Shown here: piece by piece, positions 17,621 through 26,163 of the stretch
How positions within the stretch are numbered: the stretch's first letter is position 1
Layout: each line of letters opens with the position of its first letter
From: a virus
Taxonomy: Duplodnaviria; Caudoviricetes
DNA length: 33,419 bases
Virus record (IMG/VR): IMGVR_UViG_3300014775_000531
Coordinates: 1-33,419 of that record
Reading direction: 5' to 3' (one strand)
Made by a program: the position numbers and the translations under genes
Notes under the pieces: model-generated
Database searches by the model: none
The model's input: only the letters and a program-made list of their open reading frames with translations
What the model was told of the DNA's origin: nothing

Positions 17621-17769
17621 TTGCGCTTCTTCGCTGTCTTGGCGGCCGCCTTAAAAGCAGACGCCGTAGGCGCACCCTTAGTGCCAGGCCTGCGCATCCG
17701 CTCACCGCTTCCGGCTGCGATGCGTGCGCGCTTGGCGTGAATGTTTGCGTAGAGTCCTTTGCCTGCCAT
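17617..17769 (-). CDS. Small basic protein (50 aa, MAGKGLYANIHAKRARIAAGSGERMRRPGTKGAPTASAFKAAAKTAKKRK)
   Basis: Not in the ORF track. Coupled by TAATG upstream and ATGA downstream. Confidence 0.85.
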   Translation of the reverse strand: MAGKGLYANIHAKRARIAAGSGERMRRPGTKGAPTASAFKAAAKTAKKRK

Positions 17770-18014
17770 TAAAAGATACCTCTCATGTAGGTGGGGGCCA
17801 TCATCATCTGCCGCTGTATCTCCTCCGGCGTCACCTCACGCTCTGGCAACGGCGCGGCCATAAGCTCATCCATCGTCTCAGGCATAGACGTCAGGCCACG
17901 CGCTGCTAGTGCGCGCTCTGTCAGCATACGCTGCATCGGCGTCTCTGCGGGGGTAGCTGATTGTGGAGCGGGTGTAGCTTGCGCAGTATCAGCAGGCGTG
18001 CGGGCTACAGGCGA
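17769..18014 (-). CDS. Open -1 frame extension of the 202-aa protein (81 aa, SPVARTPAD...TYMRGIF), or a 55-aa gene from ATG 17936
   Basis: Manual translation shows a stop-free frame from 18014 to the TAA at 17771-17769, coupled to the next gene by TAATG. Confidence 0.65.
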   Translation of the reverse strand, partial: SPVARTPADTAQATPAPQSATPAETPMQRMLTERALAARGLTSMPETMDELMAAPLPEREVTPEEIQRQMMMAPTYMRGIF

Positions 18015-18613
18015 AAATTTAGGTTGCTGAGTGAGTCCCTAATTTGTTGGATTTGCTCTTGCGAAAGCTGCGGCGTAGAGGGCTGCGCACTCTGCGCGCT
18101 GCTCATGGTGTCAGGGGCCGTCACAGGCTGTGGCCGCATGCGTCCAAAGCCACCGCCAAACCCACCGCCAAAGAATCCGCCACCGCCATAACCAAAGCCC
18201 GGCGTCTGGTACGGATTAAACGCACCGCCGCCATAGTATTGATTCATCATGTATTGACCGAATAGGTCATTGACGCTCGGCTGCGGTGGCACGGGGAATT
18301 GGTAGCCCATTGAGCCGCCGCCCATGTTCATGCCGCCAAAGCTCGTGGGGTATCCGCCGCCATAGCCGCCAATCCCGCTGCTAAAGCCCGACACAAACGG
18401 GTTGTTATAGCCTGACATGCCGCCGTACATGCTCGGCATGCCGCCATAGCCGCCGTAGCCCATCCCGTACGATGGCAAACCAAAACCACCCCCATAACCA
18501 CCCATTCCGCCACCCATGAAGGTGCCGCCGGGGCTGTAGCCAAACGGGTCGACGCCGATCTGTGAATACGGCGAAAACATTTGTTGGCGGCTGCCAGTGA
18601 ACGCGCTAGACAT
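18005..18613 (-). CDS. Gly/Tyr/Met/Phe-rich low-complexity protein (202 aa)
   Basis: GAGG RBS upstream; GYGG/GFGG/GMGG repeats followed by a P/Q/S/T linker. Confidence 0.75.
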   Translation of the reverse strand: MSSAFTGSRQQMFSPYSQIGVDPFGYSPGGTFMGGGMGGYGGGFGLPSYGMGYGGYGGMPSMYGGMSGYNNPFVSGFSSGIGGYGGGYPTSFGGMNMGGGSMGYQFPVPPQPSVNDLFGQYMMNQYYGGGAFNPYQTPGFGYGGGGFFGGGFGGGFGRMRPQPVTAPDTMSSAQSAQPSTPQLSQEQIQQIRDSLSNLNFRL

Positions 18614-18623
18614 GATGATGTCC

Positions 18624-19973
18624 TCAAGCTGTTAAGTCGTAAAAAGCCAGCGACCCAATGGCGTCGCCCGATCCACCTAATTCACGCACCGCGACGGTGT
18701 AGACGTCGCTTGTGCCACCTAGTGTCACCCCAAGCTGCAAGTCAAAGTTATAACCCAACTCAAGCTGTGCCTCTGCCCCTGACTGGTTCGTGGCGGTGAC
18801 ATAGTTATTCTGAACAATCGTGCCGCCGCTGATTGCGGTCGCCGATACGTCAAAGTCCACATGCGGAAATGTCGTCGTATCGTATGACGCGCTTGTAAGC
18901 GATCCGTTCTTAATCAGAGCAATTTCATAGTTTCCGGTTGACGTCGGCAAGACCCGCATCTGGTGCGGTATGACCACCGCACCCAACGCATTAGAGGCGA
19001 GCCGAATTGACACCAACGGCAAAAACGTCGAACCAATGCTCGCCAATGCCGCCGTGCGGCGCGCAATACTCTCTGCCGAGACTTGACTGTACCCACCCTC
19101 ACTCATCACGCTCGAGCAGATTTGTTTCATGCTCTTGGTGCCGGAGATGGTGCCCGTCGTCTCAATCTCATACCGCACAGGCAACGTCGCCGTCTGCATA
19201 TATACAGACGTCAATGAGTTTGCGTTGTGAAAGACGTGTGCCGTCACAAAAACGCCGTCAATCACAAACCCGCAGCGCACCGATCCAACACCCAGCCACT
19301 CAAAGTCCATAAAGAGAATCTGGGTCTTGGTCTCGTCGAGCGTGATCCCGCTCGCACCGGAGCCGTCTAGCTTGTCGGTGTTCCAGTTGGCTTGCGTAAT
19401 CTTTCGCGCATCACTGGGCGAGCCGCTGGTATTAGTGCGCACGATGAATGACAACTCGTCATCCTCTTGCTGCAAAAATACGCCGTTGTTTGCATCAAAA
19501 TATCCCACACGCTGGCGCAGATTTTCCTCGCCCGCAGCCATCGTAAACGTACACAACACGAGCAAAGACTTGCCAGGTTGATACGGCATCACGCGCTTTG
19601 ACTGCCGCACCACCTTGTCGCCAGATGCGGTCGTAACATCCATCCTGACCGCAGATTCGTTTGACAAAAATGTGGACGTTCCTGAGCCAGTCAACGCCTC
19701 GTCAAACTGTACGTCAGCGGCGTACCGATTTTGAGAGTCAAAGATCGTGTACGGGGTGGATGCGCGCAACCGCCCAAACGCATCGAAATTGTTTTTGCTG
19801 AGTAGGTTCAAGTTAGTCAGGCTGTTGATGAATTTGACAATCTCAAGCTGATTAACACTTAACGTGTTGAGAAACAGCTTGAGCTGGTTGTTGAGCTGGT
19901 TGTGATACTGCGCGGTGTATTGCTGCGGTGCCAAATTCGGATTTGGCGGCGCAGGGACAATAAGCTCTCGCAT
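18624..19973 (-). CDS. Putative virion structural protein (spike/fibre-like, 449 aa)
   Basis: N-terminal PNLAPQQY...NQLKLFLN coiled-coil anchor, then a beta-rich body with DAFGRLR and YQPGKS motifs. Confidence 0.6.
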   Translation of the reverse strand: MRELIVPAPPNPNLAPQQYTAQYHNQLNNQLKLFLNTLSVNQLEIVKFINSLTNLNLLSKNNFDAFGRLRASTPYTIFDSQNRYAADVQFDEALTGSGTSTFLSNESAVRMDVTTASGDKVVRQSKRVMPYQPGKSLLVLCTFTMAAGEENLRQRVGYFDANNGVFLQQEDDELSFIVRTNTSGSPSDARKITQANWNTDKLDGSGASGITLDETKTQILFMDFEWLGVGSVRCGFVIDGVFVTAHVFHNANSLTSVYMQTATLPVRYEIETTGTISGTKSMKQICSSVMSEGGYSQVSAESIARRTAALASIGSTFLPLVSIRLASNALGAVVIPHQMRVLPTSTGNYEIALIKNGSLTSASYDTTTFPHVDFDVSATAISGGTIVQNNYVTATNQSGAEAQLELGYNFDLQLGVTLGGTSDVYTVAVRELGGSGDAIGSLAFYDLTA

Positions 19974-19977
19974 CGCA

Positions 19978-22263
19978 TCACACCACTGGCGGCGGGTTCA
20001 TGGGCGGCTGCATTGTGGCGTCAGGCGCTACAGGCGGGGCCATCCCCATGTCAGGCGGCATCATGCCTGCATCCATCGGCGGCTGTGGAGCCAAAGGCGG
20101 CTGCGGCACAAAGGGCGTAATCTCAGGCATCGGCGGATTTTGCTCGCTCGGCGATGCCGCACGCGGCTGATCCATCATGGCCTTAATTTCGTTCATGTCG
20201 ATTTGCGAGCCGTACTTCAATTGAATCTCGTAGGCCTTCAGCATGATGTCGGCCTCTTGCTTGTCGCGATCGCGGTCATCCTGCAAGAGTGTCTGCTGTC
20301 GCTTCAACTCCAACTCGGCTTGCTTGTTCTGGATGTCAGCCTGAATCTTTTGCATCTCCACCTGCGCCAGCATCGCGGTCGGGTCAGGCGGCGGCTGCGG
20401 CGGTGGCATCGGCGGCTGCATGGCAGGATTCAAGAAGAATTCATCTGGATTCTTAAAGCCCGACACCTCAGTGAGTCGCGCCAACGTGTTGCGATACTGC
20501 TGCGGGGTCACGATAGGATTCTGCGGCCCCATCGTCTGCAAGATGGCCTCTTGTTTCTGGGCGATGCTTGTCAGCGTGGCAACCTTTTGCTCTTCGGTGC
20601 CACCGCCCAGCGCCACGTTAATCTCGACATCCATCTCGCTCTGCCACGAGCGTGGGTCAATCGGCACCCACTGATTTCTTAGGCGCACCACCCGTGGGCG
20701 ATCCTGATTCTCTACGACCAACTTGAGGATACCCTTGAACAGGGTGCGCATCCCGGTCTCTGCGAATATCCGGGCGATCAGCTCAAGATGTTGCTGCGAG
20801 GCGCTGACGGTCGCGGCGACCGCCGCACGGGTGGTGCTCTGTAACGCGCCGGGGTCAAGGCCCATCGATGCCTTGGACATGCCGGTGCGGGTCTCACGCA
20901 CCTCGTCCAAGTAGGACAACATCGGGAAGGCCGCCTGCCCGACAAACGGAACCGAAAACGGCTGAACCATGCCAGGTGCGCGCTGTCTAATCACGCCCCC
21001 GACCTCTGTGTTCAGCACGTCATCCATATTGACCTGCCCCTCGACCACGCCGACACGCGGGTGGATGGCGAGGGACAGAGAGTCCAGCATGTTACGCATG
21101 ATGGCCGACTTAATCTTTTGCAGGTCGGCGGTCATGTCAAAGATAGACATGCCAATGAAGGCATGCGGCTCTGGGTCTGGGCAGAAGGTCGCAAACGGGC
21201 GGTGCGAGCAAGGCTCGTTCATCACCACCTTGTAGCTCGGGCCAATCGTGCAGACCTTGCGCAGTTCAGAGATACCGTCACGGTCGTAGTCGATGCGCAT
21301 GTACGCTTCACAGTACAGCACGCGCTTATCGTCTTGCGTACCGCCTGGGCCATAGCTCTCGGCGTACGGGTTACGCGCAATATATTCATCATTGCTGTCC
21401 AACTCATACGCGCCCATCTGCTCCTCAACCTCGTCCTTGTCATAGCCCAAGGCCACGAGGTCAGAGACGCGCATCATGCGGCGGTGCGCGATCAGGGTCG
21501 CGTCCTCCACCGAGGTCGCACGGCGGTCAATCAAAAACTCTTCGGGCGGTACGGCGCAGACCTTCACGCGACCGTCGCGGTATTCGCGTTTCAGCTCGAC
21601 GTTATAAATCTGCGGCACAGGCGGCGGCATGCCCGTCATCGGGTCAAGCATCGGCTGCCCCGTCATCGGGTCAACGGGCGGCTGATAGCTGGGGTCGTCC
21701 ATTGACTCAATGGCGCTGCCGACCACGTTAGGCTCATCCAGCAAGACGGTCAGGGCCGACTCATCCAGCCCCGTGTACATCTCGGTCTTAACCTCGGCCT
21801 TCTCCTCCCAATAAAACTTGACGATGCCCAGCGCACCGCGCAGCGCATCCTTGAAGACCGAGTGACAAATCGTGAAGCCGTTGTTGTCCGAGTTGAAAAT
21901 GTAATTGACGTAATCGGTCGCCTGCTCGGCAACAGGGATATCCTCCACCGAGCGTGGCACAAACTGCACCACCGAGCGTGAGCCAAAGAAGACCCGCATA
22001 AGGGACGGCATGATGCCGTTGATGGTGTCACGCACGTCGGTGCTGACCACCTGCGAGCGTCCCTCCTCCTCGTTACCAAACGGCTCGCCACGGTAGTATT
22101 GGATGGCGCGTGCACGAACCGGCGACAACTCGGCGTCAATAAACGAGACGGCATCGGTCAGCTCACCGCCAACCAGTGCCTCTAGCTCCGAGTCGTCCAT
22201 AGGCTCAATCAAGCCTATCTCTGCCTCGGATTGTTCAATCAGCGAGCCGTTGCCATATTCCAT
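19978..22263 (-). CDS. Portal protein (P22/SU10-like)
   Basis: 761 aa with YYRGEPFG.E.EGRSQVVSTDVRD and VPPEEFLID motifs, a long C-terminal coiled-coil barrel and a Pro/Met-rich tail. Confidence 0.93.
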   Translation of the reverse strand: MEYGNGSLIEQSEAEIGLIEPMDDSELEALVGGELTDAVSFIDAELSPVRARAIQYYRGEPFGNEEEGRSQVVSTDVRDTINGIMPSLMRVFFGSRSVVQFVPRSVEDIPVAEQATDYVNYIFNSDNNGFTICHSVFKDALRGALGIVKFYWEEKAEVKTEMYTGLDESALTVLLDEPNVVGSAIESMDDPSYQPPVDPMTGQPMLDPMTGMPPPVPQIYNVELKREYRDGRVKVCAVPPEEFLIDRRATSVEDATLIAHRRMMRVSDLVALGYDKDEVEEQMGAYELDSNDEYIARNPYAESYGPGGTQDDKRVLYCEAYMRIDYDRDGISELRKVCTIGPSYKVVMNEPCSHRPFATFCPDPEPHAFIGMSIFDMTADLQKIKSAIMRNMLDSLSLAIHPRVGVVEGQVNMDDVLNTEVGGVIRQRAPGMVQPFSVPFVGQAAFPMLSYLDEVRETRTGMSKASMGLDPGALQSTTRAAVAATVSASQQHLELIARIFAETGMRTLFKGILKLVVENQDRPRVVRLRNQWVPIDPRSWQSEMDVEINVALGGGTEEQKVATLTSIAQKQEAILQTMGPQNPIVTPQQYRNTLARLTEVSGFKNPDEFFLNPAMQPPMPPPQPPPDPTAMLAQVEMQKIQADIQNKQAELELKRQQTLLQDDRDRDKQEADIMLKAYEIQLKYGSQIDMNEIKAMMDQPRAASPSEQNPPMPEITPFVPQPPLAPQPPMDAGMMPPDMGMAPPVAPDATMQPPMNPPPVV

Positions 22264-22299
22264 GAGATACCGCCACCCGTGCCGAAAAGGGGGATTCTA

Positions 22300-23319
22300 T
22301 TATTCTGCGGCCAATAGGGCGTCAAATTCTTCCCTGACTAGCCTGACCAGCCACGCCTCGCGGTCTTTCACGCCAAACGACAGCACAAAGTCATCGCCGT
22401 GCTGCACGAGTCCTGCGCAAAATTCCACTTGGTTGCCGCGAAAATAAAACTCACGCCCCGCATGGGTGGGGGCTAGGTTGTCGTCATAGCGCACAAGGCG
22501 GTGGGTGTAATACACACGATTCCTATCCTTGCGCCGCTGGTGTACCACCGACACCCAGCCCTCGCCGTGGCGAATCAACTGCGAGCCGCCCGACCACTTG
22601 TCCAATCCTTGAAAGTGTCCGATGTGTAAACGGCGGCGGGCGGGGGCGAGCTCGTAAGACTCGGCGGGGTGGTGGTTATAGACCACCGCCAACTGCTTGC
22701 CGTCTACGCGCACCGCCCAGTTTTTCTCTATGTCATGCCCGTGCGGGCTGTGCAAAAACTCAAAGTGGCCCACACGGTTATCGCGCAGACGCCCCATGCT
22801 CATCGTGCCGCGCACCTTCGCGCCGTGGTGCAGGGCGGTGCAGATAAACCACCAGTCGCCCTCCCACCAAAAGAGCCGCGCATCCTCTAGGCCGTGCGCG
22901 GCGGGCGGTCGGGTCTTGCGTATCTCCTCGTCATCAATGCGGGCAATCCCTGTCTGGGTCAAATTTTGATCCAGCGTGCCAAAGTAGTTGACCGTGTTGG
23001 GCTTACCCTCCTCACGGAACCAGATGCCATCCTCATCGCCCAGCTCGTAGTTGACCGTGCGCACCACAAAGGCCAACCCTCCCTCGCCATCCTTGGCGAT
23101 TGATGGGTTACACGGGTGGTAGTCGCCGCACGGCACTTGCAGGCGCACAAAGCGCGACTCAGGCAGCGCCTCTTTGAGGGTCAGGCTGCCGGCGGCAAAT
23201 CGGGCGGCGGTTTCTTTGGACTCGGCGGCTTGTCGTTCTTGGGGGGCTGCGCTTTCTGCGGCGCTTTCTTGTCGAGGCGCTTTTGAAATAGCGCGACGTC
23301 GCTTGGCTTTAGCATTCAT
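22300..23319 (-). CDS. Five-bladed beta-propeller glycosidase/phosphorylase-like protein (GH130/GH43-like)
   Basis: NPSI, EDARLF, EKNW, VEFCAGL and SFGVKD motifs. Confidence 0.7.
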   Translation of the reverse strand: MNAKAKRRRAISKAPRQESAAESAAPQERQAAESKETAARFAAGSLTLKEALPESRFVRLQVPCGDYHPCNPSIAKDGEGGLAFVVRTVNYELGDEDGIWFREEGKPNTVNYFGTLDQNLTQTGIARIDDEEIRKTRPPAAHGLEDARLFWWEGDWWFICTALHHGAKVRGTMSMGRLRDNRVGHFEFLHSPHGHDIEKNWAVRVDGKQLAVVYNHHPAESYELAPARRRLHIGHFQGLDKWSGGSQLIRHGEGWVSVVHQRRKDRNRVYYTHRLVRYDDNLAPTHAGREFYFRGNQVEFCAGLVQHGDDFVLSFGVKDREAWLVRLVREEFDALLAAE

Positions 23320-23354
23320 AGTTTCCTTTTACTCAGTGTCGTGAGTATTTTTAC

Positions 23355-23957
23355 TCACATGTGCGCGGCAGAGGCAATGCCGCGTCCGTTACTACCCTGC
23401 CCGACCAACTCGGGCAGCACCGTCAATACATTGAGCTGCTTCAGCCAATGCCACTCCAGCACAATGTCAATCGGCGTGTTCGCAGGATGCTGCTGCCTCA
23501 GCAACACCTCCACAGCGCGCCGCCTGAACCACAAGGCGTGCAAACACATTGGGTATTTCACATCGTACAAATCACCCGCCACCGGCACCTTGGCCTTGTC
23601 CTCGGTGCAGCAGCTTCCTAAAAACACCATATCACACGAGTCTGGGATGTCGGCGCGTATCTTGGCAAATCGTTCTTTGAAGTCCTCGGGCAAAAATAAG
23701 TCATCCTCAAAGATGACAAACTCATCATGCCCGTCGCGGTAGGCCATCTGCCACGCCATGAGCCAAGTCAAAAATATGCAGGTCACGCCGCGATTCAAAA
23801 AATAGTCCGTGTGCATCGGGATGCGCGGCACCACCTCAAGCGTCTTGCCAAAAAAGCCGTAGATAAAATCTAGCTCAATGCCCGCCTTGGCGGCCTCGCG
23901 CTTGGCGTGCTCAGTGCGCTCTGGCACCTCTCGCAGGGTGATGCAGTAATACTTCAC
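23355..23957 (-). CDS. Glycosyltransferase family 25 (LgtB/Lex2B-like)
   Basis: YCITL...ER N-terminus, IFEDD motif, PID motif. Confidence 0.82.
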   Translation of the reverse strand: MKYYCITLREVPERTEHAKREAAKAGIELDFIYGFFGKTLEVVPRIPMHTDYFLNRGVTCIFLTWLMAWQMAYRDGHDEFVIFEDDLFLPEDFKERFAKIRADIPDSCDMVFLGSCCTEDKAKVPVAGDLYDVKYPMCLHALWFRRRAVEVLLRQQHPANTPIDIVLEWHWLKQLNVLTVLPELVGQGSNGRGIASAAHM

Positions 23958-24619
23958 ACCACACCCTCAAGTGATGCCCCCTTGGAGATGGCAAACTTGC
24001 GGTCACGGCGCACCGAGGCGCGGCCCTCTTGCTGCACAAACTCATCGACCGCACGGGTCACGCCCGGCCATGACAGATAATCATCACCGCCCATGATGCC
24101 GCCGTTGCGCGTGAGCTTCCAATAGCCCTTTAAGTCCAGCACCACGTCGTCATACTCGTGTGAGCCGTCGATGTAGATAAACTCGGCCTCAATGCCGCGG
24201 TGCCGAATGACCTCTGCGGCTACCGTGGAGGGCAACGGTAGCGGCAGGATGACATCCTTAAAGCCCTCGCGGATGACGTTGCTCATAAAGGTTTCATGCA
24301 GGCGTGGATAGCCCGCTTGGTGGCGCAGAGACTCGTGTATCCATTTATTCACGCCATCGTGCATCTGGTACGTCTCGACGCCGCCGAGCCATGTGTCCAC
24401 GCACAAAATTTTGGTGTCTAGCCCTAGACGCTTACAAACTTTTGCCATGTGGATGGCAGAGGCACCCTTCCAAGACCCCACCTCAATAATCAGCTTGGGC
24501 TGCGTATTTTTGATGCACGCCTCAAGGATGGGGTCGTCTGAGGCCCAGCCTTGCAGGTCTAGCGGCACCAGCTTGGCGCCCTCGTAGGGGTCGCGCAAAA
24601 AGAAGTCCTGCCATTTCAT
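23954..24619 (-). CDS. Class I SAM-dependent methyltransferase (Methyltransf_24-like)
   Basis: IIEVGSWKGAS, CVDTWLG, YIDGSHEY and GDDY motifs. Confidence 0.88.
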   Translation of the reverse strand: MKWQDFFLRDPYEGAKLVPLDLQGWASDDPILEACIKNTQPKLIIEVGSWKGASAIHMAKVCKRLGLDTKILCVDTWLGGVETYQMHDGVNKWIHESLRHQAGYPRLHETFMSNVIREGFKDVILPLPLPSTVAAEVIRHRGIEAEFIYIDGSHEYDDVVLDLKGYWKLTRNGGIMGGDDYLSWPGVTRAVDEFVQQEGRASVRRDRKFAISKGASLEGVV

Positions 24620-26013
24620 ACCACACCTCGAATTTGTCGCTTGACGGTCTTATTCCACGTCGGCGTGTACGACCCGCCCACGGTCGCGGCCTCACTCGCA
24701 AAGGTCAGCACAAACGCATCAGCGCGGTCGGGTGAGGCCAGCCCTCGGCGCTTCATGTCGTCCTTGGATTCTAGCTTGAGCTTACCATTTGACATGAAAC
24801 TATAGCGCGGTGATGACAATTCATTGACCAATTGTTCATCTCTTGGCAGCTTGCAGTCGCGCGCCTCTAGCCACGTCTTGGCCTTGCCCCATAGCTCGGC
24901 GCGTAGGTTCATGTACTGCCCCTTGATGGCGGGGGACTCGCCCACGTTGATGCCGCGAACGGGTAGCTTCATCTCTCGGAGGCGATCCACCACGCCTGCG
25001 CCAAGGCCGATGCTGTCTACCAATATCTCGGCGGGGCGTTGCTTGAAGTCAGCCGATTCGTACTCGTGCAGGATGGCACCCGTGAGGGACATCAGGTCTA
25101 GGTTTTTCCATGTCTTGATGGGTTCCAGCACCACATTGGACTGCCGCTTACACAGGGCCGAGCTGTCTGAGCCAAAGCGGGCGACGTCCACGCCCCAGAG
25201 GATGGGGGCGTCGGGGTTTTGTATCACGTCACGGTCTAGGGCGGCTTGCGCCAGCTCAAGGCTGATGAGCGTGTCGTCGTCGGCCAGCGGAAACTCGCCC
25301 AGCACGCGCACCCTGTAGGCGTTGCTGCCCTCGCCGTAGCGCGATCGCATCTCGTTCACATAGTCGTCGGAGACACGCGGGCTGTCTAGGCAGGAGACGT
25401 GCAGATTTTTCCATTCGCTGGAGAGGCGATAAAATGTGTCGTAGAAATAGCCCTTGGTGCGGGTGGGGTTGCCGAGCAGCAGGGTGGTGGCGTTATGGCC
25501 CGACATGCTGCCGCCGGCTGACTCGAACACGGCCTCCGACACGCCTGGCGCTTCATCAACCACCAGGAGGACGTACTCGGCGTGGATACCCTGCAAGGCG
25601 TCGGGCTGCTCTGCGCGGCTGGTGCGGGCCGAGATAAATGACTCCTCGGGGCTGGCCTTTAATTCGATGCGGTCGGACTTGATTTCCAACAACTCCCCCA
25701 CGGCGGGGGGGAGTAATTTCGCCCAGCGGCGACATTCGCCAAACAGGGCGTCAAATAATTGACTGGCTGTGGGGGCTGTGACGACCACCTTGACGGGTAC
25801 GCGGGTCAGCATGTACCAGAGCATGGCCCACGAGGCGACGGTGGACTTGCCGGTGCCGTGGCCTGAGCGGACGCTTATCTTGCGCTCTCCCGTAGCCAGA
25901 AGCTCTAGGAGCCGCTTTTGCCACGGGTCTGGGGTGACCCCTAGCACCTCCTCCACAAAGGCCGCAGGGGCGCTGTGGTAGCGTTTTACGAAGTCTAGGT
26001 ATGGATTCTGCAT
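24616..26013 (-). CDS. terL: Terminase large subunit
   Basis: Walker A SGHGTGKS, Walker B VVDEA, coupling motif GNPT, nuclease motifs GVDVARFG.D and SPDRADA. Confidence 0.96.
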   Translation of the reverse strand: MQNPYLDFVKRYHSAPAAFVEEVLGVTPDPWQKRLLELLATGERKISVRSGHGTGKSTVASWAMLWYMLTRVPVKVVVTAPTASQLFDALFGECRRWAKLLPPAVGELLEIKSDRIELKASPEESFISARTSRAEQPDALQGIHAEYVLLVVDEAPGVSEAVFESAGGSMSGHNATTLLLGNPTRTKGYFYDTFYRLSSEWKNLHVSCLDSPRVSDDYVNEMRSRYGEGSNAYRVRVLGEFPLADDDTLISLELAQAALDRDVIQNPDAPILWGVDVARFGSDSSALCKRQSNVVLEPIKTWKNLDLMSLTGAILHEYESADFKQRPAEILVDSIGLGAGVVDRLREMKLPVRGINVGESPAIKGQYMNLRAELWGKAKTWLEARDCKLPRDEQLVNELSSPRYSFMSNGKLKLESKDDMKRRGLASPDRADAFVLTFASEAATVGGSYTPTWNKTVKRQIRGVV

Positions 26014-26084
26014 TTTTTCAGATTGGCCCGTGTGGGGTTACGCCAGCGCCCGCCCCCCGTGGGGGGTACCTGCCGGGGGGGGTA

Positions 26085-26103
26085 AATGAGAATCAGTCTC
26101 ATT
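26085..26103. promoter_or_regulatory. Fur-box-like 9-1-9 inverted repeat
   Basis: AATGAGAAT-C-AGTCTCATT, one mismatch from a perfect palindrome, about 70 bp upstream of terL. Confidence 0.55.
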
Positions 26104-26124
26104 CAATGCAGCCGGCGAACGAAG

Positions 26125-26137
26125 AATCAATGACTTA
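26125..26137 (+). promoter_or_regulatory. IHF-binding consensus site 1
   Basis: AATCAATGACTTA matches WATCAANNNNTTR exactly. Confidence 0.6.
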
Positions 26138-26163
26138 CGCGCAAAATGACCGCATCGTGAACA

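Noticed and set aside
18005-18007. TAG readthrough or amber recoding of the 202-aa gene
   Set aside because: The same frame hits TGA about 27 codons later with an implausible sequence, and TAG is used as a normal stop elsewhere (241, 2105, 27121). The -1 frame fits better.
23954-24619. DNA methyltransferase (anti-restriction)
   Set aside because: No DPPY/NPPY or PC catalytic motif; motifs match small-molecule/sugar O-methyltransferases.
26053-26082. FtsK-orienting KOPS motifs next to the dif-like site
   Set aside because: The G tracts do not match GGGNAGGG.
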